From Bacteriovoracia bacterium (GTDB taxonomy: Bacteria > Bdellovibrionota > UBA1018 > CAIPTA01): a stretch of DNA of 64,000 nt. The stretch spans positions 32,001 to 96,000 of the forward strand of contig JBFWVL010000003.1 in NCBI GenBank assembly GCA_050246755.1. The letters run 5' to 3'. Below the pieces are notes generated by a model, which was given only the letters and a program-made list of their open reading frames with translations, searched no databases and had not been told where the DNA came from. Made by a program: the position numbers and the translations under genes. The stretch's first letter is position 1. Every line of letters starts with the position of its first letter. Positions 48,185 through 55,812 of this stretch are shown in pieces.

Positions 48185-49732
48185 ATGGAACAGCTGAGAA
48201 CGGGGCGGGATATGAGGTCCAAAAAAACTGCGAATGCAATTCGGATGTCTGGCAGCACTAGCGCCGAAGACTTCGAGGAAACGGAAGAGAAGCCGGTCGA
48301 ACGTGATTCGCGCCGCCGCAGCTTTCAGCTCATCAGCCAGGATGGAGTGCAACGGCGCATTGCCGTCATTGATGACGATGAGGGCATCCGTCTCTACCTG
48401 AGCGAGGTGCTCGCGCAGCAGGGTTTTCAGGTGCAAGAATACCCCAATGCGGAGCAATTTCTCGTGCGCTTGGAGCAGTCGCTTAAGAACGGGATATCCT
48501 TCGTAGACGTAATTCTCTGCGATGTGCGCTTGCCGGGAGTAGATGGGATCACTTTAGTGAGCCGCGTGAAAGAGCGCACGAACGATTTGCCTGTGATCCT
48601 GATGACGGCCTACGCCGAAGTGGAAGCCGCCGTGCGGGCCATGCGCGACGGCGCCTACGACTATCTCGAAAAACCATTCGACCTCAGCCGCCTGAACAGC
48701 GTGCTCGAAAACGCGGTGCGCTTTCGTAAGCTGAGCTACGAAAATAAATTCCTGAAGAATATAATCGATTCCGACATTCATCTGCAGGGAGTGCAATGCC
48801 AAAGCGCTTCCATGCGCGCGATATACGACCTGATCAAGCGGGTTGCTCCTACTGAATCGAGCGTGCTCATTACTGGGGAAAGCGGTGTGGGCAAGGAAGT
48901 GGTGGCCCGGGCGCTCCACGATAATAGCGAACGTGCCGATAAGCCTTTCATAAGTATTAACTGTTCGGCCATTCCGGAGTCTTTGCTGGAGTCCGAGCTG
49001 TTCGGCCATACCAAGGGATCTTTCACGGGGGCCACCCAGCATCGCAAGGGCCTTTTCGAAGAAGCCGACGGCGGTACTCTTTTCCTCGATGAGATCGGAG
49101 ACCTTCAATTCTCCCTCCAGGCGAAACTCCTCCGGGTTTTTCAGGAGCAGAAGATCCGCGCGGTGGGAGATAGTAAATTCCGGCCGGTGGACGTACGTAT
49201 CATTACGGCTACGCACAAAAATCTGGCGAACGAAATTAAGGAAGGCCGCTTTCGCGAAGACTTATACTACCGCCTCAACGTGATTCCGATTCACATCGCC
49301 CCCCTTCGCCAGCGCAAGGAAGACATCATCAGCTTGGCGAAATTTTTTCTCGATAAGTCGGCAGAAAAAAATAAGATGGACCTCCGGGGATTCACGCCGG
49401 CGGCCCTCACCAAATTGGTAAATCTCCCTTGGCACGGAAACGTGCGGGAGCTGCAAAACGTGATCGAGCGCAGCGTGGTTCTTTCTTCGGGAGACGCGAT
49501 CGATGAATCGGATATTCCTGTGGAGCAGGCCGCCGAGGGCGACGAAATGATGGAGGAGGTGGGTTTCGACATGCCTTCCCTGCGCGACGTGGAAAAGCGC
49601 TATATTCTTTCGGTGCTGCGAAAGCATAACGGAAAGAAAGATGCGGCCGCGAAAGTATTAGGGATGAGCCGCCGGACGCTTTACCGGAAGCTCACTAACC
49701 AGGACGACGAGTCGGATACGGGGCTTAATTAG
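48185..49732 (+). CDS. Sigma54-dependent NtrC-family response regulator
   Basis: REC, GESGVGKE, ESELFGH.KGSFTGA, LDEIGD, WHGNVREL, Fis HTH; start uncertain. Confidence 0.93.
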   Translation: MEQLRTGRDMRSKKTANAIRMSGSTSAEDFEETEEKPVERDSRRRSFQLISQDGVQRRIAVIDDDEGIRLYLSEVLAQQGFQVQEYPNAEQFLVRLEQSLKNGISFVDVILCDVRLPGVDGITLVSRVKERTNDLPVILMTAYAEVEAAVRAMRDGAYDYLEKPFDLSRLNSVLENAVRFRKLSYENKFLKNIIDSDIHLQGVQCQSASMRAIYDLIKRVAPTESSVLITGESGVGKEVVARALHDNSERADKPFISINCSAIPESLLESELFGHTKGSFTGATQHRKGLFEEADGGTLFLDEIGDLQFSLQAKLLRVFQEQKIRAVGDSKFRPVDVRIITATHKNLANEIKEGRFREDLYYRLNVIPIHIAPLRQRKEDIISLAKFFLDKSAEKNKMDLRGFTPAALTKLVNLPWHGNVRELQNVIERSVVLSSGDAIDESDIPVEQAAEGDEMMEEVGFDMPSLRDVEKRYILSVLRKHNGKKDAAAKVLGMSRRTLYRKLTNQDDESDTGLN

Positions 49733-49758
49733 TTAACGGCGAGAAAAGAGGGGTTTTT

Positions 49759-50073
49759 ATGGCGTTACCAAAAAGAGAATACAGTATGGCAATTTCCGAA
49801 GCCACGCGCAGCAGGTATATACAGAACCTGCAGGCGCAGGTGCAGATGCTTCGCAATGCCATGGAGAAGTCCGACTTTGAAGAAGTGAGAGCGATTTGTC
49901 ACCGCGTGCAGGGGAGCGCCGGGCTCTTCGGGATGAAGGATCTCGGCGAAGCTTGCCGCGCGATGGAAGAGGCGGCGATTGCCAATCTTCCCACTCAAGT
50001 AGTGGAGGCATTTCAGGTGATCGAAGTGATTTTGGCGCGGAAAGTAGAAGGCCCTATCGACGCTCAGGTTTAG
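49759..50073 (+). CDS. Stand-alone HPt protein
   Basis: CHRVQGSAGLFG...L...C..ME. Confidence 0.8.
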   Translation: MALPKREYSMAISEATRSRYIQNLQAQVQMLRNAMEKSDFEEVRAICHRVQGSAGLFGMKDLGEACRAMEEAAIANLPTQVVEAFQVIEVILARKVEGPIDAQV

Positions 50074-50094
50074 CGAGCAGAGAGAAAAATACGA

Positions 50095-50127
50095 GCGCCG
50101 GAGAGGAAAGCTCTCCGGCGTTTTTTT
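50095..50127 (+). terminator. Intrinsic terminator
   Basis: GCGCCGGAGAG-GAAAG-CTCTCCGGCGT followed by T-run. Confidence 0.85.
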
Positions 50128-50234
50128 ATGCCCCGCGGGGCAAAATGCCGGGTCTAATTGCCTGAGCCTTGTCATCTTTGTCCCGTCCACACGCTAATCG
50201 GACACTCTGCCACGGATAAAATCGATCCTAATTT

Positions 50235-50250
50235 TGGAACGGCACTTGCT
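50235..50250 (+). promoter_or_regulatory. Sigma54 -24/-12 promoter
   Basis: TGGAACGGCACTTGCT, one mismatch from the 48138 promoter. Confidence 0.75.
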
Positions 50251-50303
50251 ACTTTTTACCCAATGAACTGATTCGTGACCCTAAACTCAAGAGGAGATTT
50301 CCC

Positions 50304-50543
50304 ATGTTGCACCTTCGGCATTCTGCGCCCAGTCATCACCCTAAAGCGAAACGCCGTTACGCACGCGACTGCAATCTTTGCGGCCATGTTTTCATCGCGT
50401 CTGTTCCTCACAGCTGTTTCTGTGATGGTTGTAAGATGAGCAGCGATCTTTACCGGTTCCACGACTGGCTTCCCGACGCACCGGCCGAAATTTCGGATAA
50501 CGTTTTTTCTATAAACCGAACGGGCGGGAAACAGGCCGCCTGA
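50304..50543 (+). CDS. Small Zn-ribbon protein
   Basis: CNLCG..F......FCDGC; AGGAG RBS; ends KQAA. Confidence 0.7.
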   Translation: MLHLRHSAPSHHPKAKRRYARDCNLCGHVFIASVPHSCFCDGCKMSSDLYRFHDWLPDAPAEISDNVFSINRTGGKQAA

Positions 50544-50549
50544 GACGGA

Positions 50550-50891
50550 GTGAGTATGGAAATTATGGGGTCTATTCAAGGGGAAAATGTGGTGATCAGC
50601 GAGCGGGAAAGAATTCAGAAGCTGATGCGGGATTTTATCGGTATCTTGCGGCTGCGGCTAGAGCTGAACGAGGTGGCCTATCGGGTGCATTTCTGGCGCC
50701 CGTTCTTAGGCGCAAAAATTGACTCGCTAATCGAGTTTCGTGCCAACGGCCAGGATGCCTGGTGCGCGCGAGCTAACGGCCCGGACGCTTGGCGGGCATT
50801 CTCGAGAGCGCTGGGAAGTTTAAAGCAAATGATCATGGAAATTGAAATCAGGGAGGATTCACAAAATGCAAACCGCATTACTTCAGTTTAA
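50550..50891 (+). CDS. HPF/RaiA-fold-like protein 1
   Basis: IQGENVVISE and ARANGPDAWRAFSRALGSLKQMI align by eye with HPF. Confidence 0.55.
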   Translation: MSMEIMGSIQGENVVISERERIQKLMRDFIGILRLRLELNEVAYRVHFWRPFLGAKIDSLIEFRANGQDAWCARANGPDAWRAFSRALGSLKQMIMEIEIREDSQNANRITSV

Positions 50892-51306
50892 AAAAGATGT
50901 GCCGGCCCAAGCGCAGGACAACGTGCTTTTCTTGGATAAAAAACATTTATTGTATCGCCGCATGGAGCGCTGGGTGCGCCTTCAGCAGTTCGTCTATGGC
51001 CTGCCCGATGATTTCTCGTATTCAGTGCATGCCACCGAAAATAGCGGGGTTGTCACTTGCCGCACGCTAGTGAGAGTGGGCTGGATGTCGTGGTACGGCG
51101 TGGGTAAAGCTGCCGACCGCCAACAGGCCCTCTCGGTGGCTTTGCTGGAAACTTCCGAGGCGATCTCGGCGAATGCCTATAAAGTTTTTTTCTATTCGCT
51201 TTCGAAATGGCTGGGGGCCCGCTGGAGATTCACGAAATTGCCTGCGAGATCGAATCTGCCCAAACTGATGAAGAACGCCCGCGAGAACGAGTTGCTGGCG
51301 GGCTAA
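50866..51306 (+). CDS. HPF/RaiA-fold-like protein 2
   Basis: GGAGG RBS; TCRTLVRVG..WYGVGKAADRQQALSVAL. Confidence 0.45.
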   Translation: MQTALLQFKKDVPAQAQDNVLFLDKKHLLYRRMERWVRLQQFVYGLPDDFSYSVHATENSGVVTCRTLVRVGWMSWYGVGKAADRQQALSVALLETSEAISANAYKVFFYSLSKWLGARWRFTKLPARSNLPKLMKNARENELLAG

Positions 51307-51327
51307 AGCGAACGAAGGAGGTGCGTG

Positions 51328-51696
51328 ATGGAAAATGTGTACTCAATCACCGGTGGCAAGCCGGACGGCGAGCGAGGAGTGTCGCTTACGGGAGAAGTGA
51401 TCTATGAATCAATTCACCGGGCGATCAATAAGCAGGCGCTGAAGCGCTTCATTCATCGTTCGATACAGAGGCGCCTAAGGGAGGTGCCCAATGGCCTTAT
51501 TTGGGCGAGCTATTTGGTAATTTTCTCTCCGGGGCAAGATTACGAAGAGGTTCGCTGCCAAGTGGACGTGGAGACCGACGGCGATCGCGCCGGTTTTTCC
51601 ATCGGTTATGGGCAGCGGCCTAACCACGCTTTCAATGATGCGATCGAAAGAATGCAGTGGTACGAAAAAAATGTTCCGCTACAGCTGAGCGTTTAG
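51328..51696 (+). CDS. HPF/RaiA-fold-like protein 3
   Basis: AAGGAGG RBS; QALKRFI...I, RCQVDV..G...SIGYG..PNHAFNDAIERM. Confidence 0.5.
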   Translation: MENVYSITGGKPDGERGVSLTGEVIYESIHRAINKQALKRFIHRSIQRRLREVPNGLIWASYLVIFSPGQDYEEVRCQVDVETDGDRAGFSIGYGQRPNHAFNDAIERMQWYEKNVPLQLSV

Positions 51697-51736
51697 ATTT
51701 TCTGAGAATTCCATTCTGGCGATGAAGGGGACTACG

Positions 51737-52081
51737 ATGAAATATAACTTCAGTGATTCTATGGGCAATGAACTAGCGCAGCGCCGGGCCGACCTTCGGG
51801 TGCAGGCACTAGTGCAGCGCTGGTACGAGAATATCAGAAGCCGCTTGCCGGCGGGGAGCTCGCTGGTGGCGAATCTGGAAGAGGCCGCGCCGATGGGCTT
51901 CATGGTATCTTTCCGCGCCCAAACGGAGAAAGAGACTTTCATCTCTGAGGCTCGCGGAACCGAACCCGGCAAAGTGGTGGAAGAGGCGGGCCAGAGCCTG
52001 TATCAGCGCTTGGCTCAGCTCGGAGAGGGGCGAGCGAGCTTTAAAGACAAACTGAGGAAATTATTTTCCGAGGCCAGCTAA
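51737..52081 (+). CDS. HPF/RaiA-fold-like protein 4
   Basis: FMVSFRAQ....FISEARGTEPGKVVEEAGQSLYQRL. Confidence 0.5.
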   Translation: MKYNFSDSMGNELAQRRADLRVQALVQRWYENIRSRLPAGSSLVANLEEAAPMGFMVSFRAQTEKETFISEARGTEPGKVVEEAGQSLYQRLAQLGEGRASFKDKLRKLFSEAS

Positions 52082-52138
52082 TTGTGCTCCGCGATTGTAC
52101 TTGGGGCAGGAAATCGGGTAAAAGCACTCACGAATAAT

Positions 52139-52540
52139 ATGACAAATTGCACCGTACTTTTAGTTGAGGACGATAGGGACCTTCAAGAGGTGGCTTCCGA
52201 GCTGCTGCTAGAAGAAGGATTCGATTTGCGGCTGGCCACTACGGGCCAGGAAGTTCTCACATTGCTAAAGGGCGGTTTCCGGCCGGGATGTATTCTACTG
52301 GATTTGGGCTTGCCTGATATGAGCGCTGCTGATTTTCTCGAGCGGTATACCGCTATTCCGGGAGCCTCTGAGTTGCCTATCGTGCTAGTTTCGGGAAATT
52401 CGGACATTGGGGATTGGGCCAAACGCTTTAAGACAAGGCGCATTATTCGTAAACCCTATGGCCTAGAATCCCTGGTTGATTCTGTCACTGAGTTTTGTGG
52501 CCAGCCTAAAGCTCTTACCTCTTCTCCTGCCCCCCTCTAG
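52139..52540 (+). CDS. Single-domain response regulator
   Basis: VLLVEDD, LLDLGLPD, VSG, KPY. Confidence 0.88.
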   Translation: MTNCTVLLVEDDRDLQEVASELLLEEGFDLRLATTGQEVLTLLKGGFRPGCILLDLGLPDMSAADFLERYTAIPGASELPIVLVSGNSDIGDWAKRFKTRRIIRKPYGLESLVDSVTEFCGQPKALTSSPAPL

Positions 52541-52544
52541 GGAT

Positions 52545-52584
52545 TGCTGAAAATTGCAACAGTGCGCACTGGTGAAATGCAACA
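52545..52584. promoter_or_regulatory. Candidate tandem bEBP sites
   Basis: TGCAACA repeated at 52555 and 52578 upstream of a sigma54 promoter. Confidence 0.5.
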
Positions 52585-52632
52585 GGACGCAAGGCGTAAG
52601 TACTTGTAATCCAAAGGAAAAGCATTAGGGGT

Positions 52633-52648
52633 TGGCATTGGGCTTGCA
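52633..52648 (+). promoter_or_regulatory. Sigma54 -24/-12 promoter
   Basis: TGGCATTGGGCTTGCA (GG-N10-GC). Confidence 0.72.
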
Positions 52649-52690
52649 CTTATCTGGGCGAGAAACCCTCATTCAATAAATGGAGATACT

Positions 52691-52921
52691 ATGAAAAAAC
52701 TAAGCCTCGTTCTCGCTCTCTGTGCTTTCATCGCTGCCCCTGCTTTCGCTAACGAACACGGTGGAGCCACTGCTGCTGCTGACGCTACTGCTTCCAACGA
52801 AACCGCTAAAGCTCCTGCTAAGCACGGCAAAACCAAAGGCAAAAAAGCTAAAGGCAAAATGCACAGCGAAAAAGCTGCTCCTGCCGCTCACGAAGAGCAC
52901 GAAGAAGCTGCCCATCAGTAA
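52691..52921 (+). CDS. Small secreted Ala/Lys/His-rich protein (Asr-like composition)
   Basis: Signal peptide APAFA; GGAG RBS; GCT/AAA-biased codons; own terminator. Confidence 0.75.
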   Translation: MKKLSLVLALCAFIAAPAFANEHGGATAAADATASNETAKAPAKHGKTKGKKAKGKMHSEKAAPAAHEEHEEAAHQ

Positions 52922-52942
52922 GCTCTAGCTTTTCTGAAGGAT

Positions 52943-52988
52943 AAAGAGCTGGTGATTGCCCTCGGGCATCCCGGCTCTTTTCTTTTTT
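52943..52988 (+). terminator. Intrinsic terminator
   Basis: AAAGAGCTGG...CCGGCTCTTT followed by T-run. Confidence 0.7.
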
Positions 52989-53029
52989 GGCCTTCCCAAA
53001 ATCACTCTCGTTTAAGGTAGATTGCCCTC

Positions 53030-54451
53030 ATGCAATGGCTCGATTTTCGTCAGCGGATTTACCGCCTAGACCTGCAAGCCAAGGTTATTCTGGTGCTGGT
53101 TCTTGTGACCGCCCCCGTCTACTTGTTGGTGAGCTTTGCGGTTTCGCAGCTGACCCTGCCCGTGATCGAAGAAGAGATGCGTGTGCTCGGCGTGCATGCG
53201 GCCCGCTCTCTCGCCGATGAATTGCAGAACGATCGTTTCCTCATGGTTGGTAAGCCGGAGGACATCGAACAAAAACTCCGGGAAGTTTTCTATTTTCAGC
53301 CCAGCGTGGTGCAGGTGGACGCTTTTCGCAAGAACGAAGCCGGGCTGATTGAGCTGGCCGGCACCACCGAAGATCCCACGATGGTGGTGCGTCCTCCCGG
53401 CGAAGTGCTTCCCGACCACATGCTCTCTTTCCGCAAAAAATTCGAAGATGGCCGCGGTTTCTGGGAAATTTGGGTGCCCGTCCGCTCCAAGCGCGGCTCG
53501 CTCAATGGGGTGGTGCGTGTGGAAGTGTCGGTGCAAACCGCCACTACTCTAGGGCATGCCGTTTCCAAGATCATGTTTTTTGCCGGCGCGATCAATATTG
53601 TGCTGCTGCTCGTGGCCCTCAGTTATTTTTTACGCAAAACCATCGCCAACGATCGCAAGCTGCGCCAGGCGGAATTTCAGAACGTGGAGCTGAGCAAGCA
53701 GCTGCGGGACGCTGAGCGACAAGTGATGCTAAAGGAGAAGCTAGCGGTGATGGGGCAGCTCACGGCTAGCTTCGCCCACGAGATCGGAACCCCACTGAAT
53801 GCCATCGGCGGGCACTTGCAGCTTCTGCAGGAAAATCTTCGTGCGGCTAAAGGCGATCAGGCGTGGCTGAACCGTCTCGAGATCGTGAGCGATCAGTTGC
53901 TGAAGATCGAGAATATCGTGAAGGGGTTTCTGCAGAGCACGGCCAAGCCACCCTCGCAGTTCCAGCTGCTCGACATCAACCAGGTACTGGAAAAAACGCT
54001 CGGGATCGTGAGCCCGAGAATTGATTCCCTGGGCGTAAGGCTGGAGAAAAGCCTAGATAAAAAACTCGGGCCCATTCGCGCTGTTCCGCTCGATATCGAG
54101 CAAGTTTTTCTTAATTTGCTGAATAATTCTCTCGATAGCATAGAGTCGAAGCAGCGTGAGCATCCTTACTCCGCCGCGAAGCTTGAAATTTTTTCCCGCT
54201 ACTGCAAGGAGGGCCTCGAGGAGTGGGTGGAACTCGGCGTGATGGATTCGGGCGAGGGGATTCCCAAGCAAGACATCAAGAAAGTATTTAAGCCCTTTTT
54301 TACCACCAAGGCGGTGGGGGAGGGCACGGGCCTGGGTCTCACGATTTGCCAGGAGATTGCCGGTAAGTACCGCGGGAAGCTGGAAATCGAATCGCGTGAA
54401 GGCGCCTGGACAAAAGTTACCCTGCAGATGCCTTACGGAGTAAATGCATGA
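53030..54451 (+). CDS. Membrane sensor histidine kinase (NtrB/ZraS-like)
   Basis: Two TMs; AHEIGTPL; QVFLNL..N; DSGEGI; PFFTTK..GTGLGL. Confidence 0.92.
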   Translation: MQWLDFRQRIYRLDLQAKVILVLVLVTAPVYLLVSFAVSQLTLPVIEEEMRVLGVHAARSLADELQNDRFLMVGKPEDIEQKLREVFYFQPSVVQVDAFRKNEAGLIELAGTTEDPTMVVRPPGEVLPDHMLSFRKKFEDGRGFWEIWVPVRSKRGSLNGVVRVEVSVQTATTLGHAVSKIMFFAGAINIVLLLVALSYFLRKTIANDRKLRQAEFQNVELSKQLRDAERQVMLKEKLAVMGQLTASFAHEIGTPLNAIGGHLQLLQENLRAAKGDQAWLNRLEIVSDQLLKIENIVKGFLQSTAKPPSQFQLLDINQVLEKTLGIVSPRIDSLGVRLEKSLDKKLGPIRAVPLDIEQVFLNLLNNSLDSIESKQREHPYSAAKLEIFSRYCKEGLEEWVELGVMDSGEGIPKQDIKKVFKPFFTTKAVGEGTGLGLTICQEIAGKYRGKLEIESREGAWTKVTLQMPYGVNA

Positions 54452-55812
54452 TCACGAACACGCTTCTGGTGGTGGACGACGATCGGGTGACCCGCGAGTT
54501 GCTGCGCGAGGTATTCGAGGCCGAGCACTATACCGTTCGCTTGGCCGCCAGCGGAGAAGAGGCGCTGGCGATCTTAGCCAAGGAAAATGCGCCCCTGGTT
54601 CTCTCCGACATTCGCATGCTCGGTATTGATGGAATCGAGCTCTTGGGGCGTATCCGCAAATTGCACCCAGATTCCCTCGTGATCCTCATGACCGGTTTCG
54701 GCAACCTCGACGGTGCCGTGCGGGCTATTCAGGAGGGAGCCTTCGACTATATTTCCAAGCCTTTCCGTATTCAGGAGCTGAAGGCGCTGGTGGCCAGGGC
54801 CCACAAGCAGTGGAAGTCGCTACGCGAAGAAGGCCGGCCCGTGGGCGGACCCGCGCAGTTGCCGCGCCGTACGTTGATCGGGAAGTCGCCCATGATCGTG
54901 GATGTTTATAAAAATCTAGCCAGGGCCGCGCTTTCGGCTAGCTCCGTGCTGATCGTGGGCGAGAGCGGAACCGGCAAGGAGCTCGTGGCCCGCGCGATTC
55001 ACGAGCATGGCGCCCGCAAAGACAAGCGCTTCCTCGCGATCAATTGCGGAGCCCTTACCGACAGTTTGCTGGAGTCGGAGCTCTTCGGGCACGCCAAAGG
55101 TTCTTTTACCGGCGCGGTGGCAGAGAAGCGTGGTTTGCTCGAAGAGGTAAACGGCGGGACCCTTTTTCTCGATGAAATCGGCGATATTAGCCCTTCCCTG
55201 CAGGTGAAGCTGCTTCGCGTATTGCAAGACGGGGAGTTTAAACCCGTAGGCTCCAACGAGGTTCGGCAAACGGATCTACGCGTGATCGCGGCGACGCACC
55301 GAAATCTGGAGGAGATGATCAAGGCCGGAAAGTTTCGCGATGATTTATATTACCGCCTCAAGGTGATCGAGATCGCGTTGCCTCCCTTGCGCGACCGCCT
55401 GGAAGACCTGCCCGAACTTGTGAATCATTTCGTGGCCCATTACTCCGACGCAAACGGCAAACGCATATCCCACGTTTCGGCGGAGGCCATGGAACTGCTG
55501 GCCCAGCATACCTGGCCAGGAAATGTGCGTGAGCTTGAGCACAGTATCGAACGGGCCGTGGCGATGAGCGGAAGCTCGGTGCTCTTCCCTGAGGATTTTT
55601 CCGGGATGACGCCCAAGACGGCTTCCGAGCCTTTGGCTTCCGCTAAACGTTCCTCGCTCGAAGAAATGGAAAAAGAACATATCCTGCGCGTGCTACGCGA
55701 AACGAACTACAATAAGTCCAAGGCGTCGAATCTACTAGGGATCGACCGGGCCACGCTCTACCGTAAGGCCCAGCGCTACGGTATCGAGCTCCGAGGCGGC
55801 GAATCTAATTAG
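54448..55812 (+). CDS. Sigma54-dependent response regulator (ZraR/AtoC-like)
   Basis: REC, GESGTGKE, GSFTGA, WPGNVREL, Fis HTH. Confidence 0.93.
   Translation: MITNTLLVVDDDRVTRELLREVFEAEHYTVRLAASGEEALAILAKENAPLVLSDIRMLGIDGIELLGRIRKLHPDSLVILMTGFGNLDGAVRAIQEGAFDYISKPFRIQELKALVARAHKQWKSLREEGRPVGGPAQLPRRTLIGKSPMIVDVYKNLARAALSASSVLIVGESGTGKELVARAIHEHGARKDKRFLAINCGALTDSLLESELFGHAKGSFTGAVAEKRGLLEEVNGGTLFLDEIGDISPSLQVKLLRVLQDGEFKPVGSNEVRQTDLRVIAATHRNLEEMIKAGKFRDDLYYRLKVIEIALPPLRDRLEDLPELVNHFVAHYSDANGKRISHVSAEAMELLAQHTWPGNVRELEHSIERAVAMSGSSVLFPEDFSGMTPKTASEPLASAKRSSLEEMEKEHILRVLRETNYNKSKASNLLGIDRATLYRKAQRYGIELRGGESN

Noticed and set aside
48185-55812. GSFTGA instead of GAFTGA as a sign of sigma54-independent activators
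   Set aside because: It is a conservative variant retaining F and T, and good -24/-12 promoters lie alongside.
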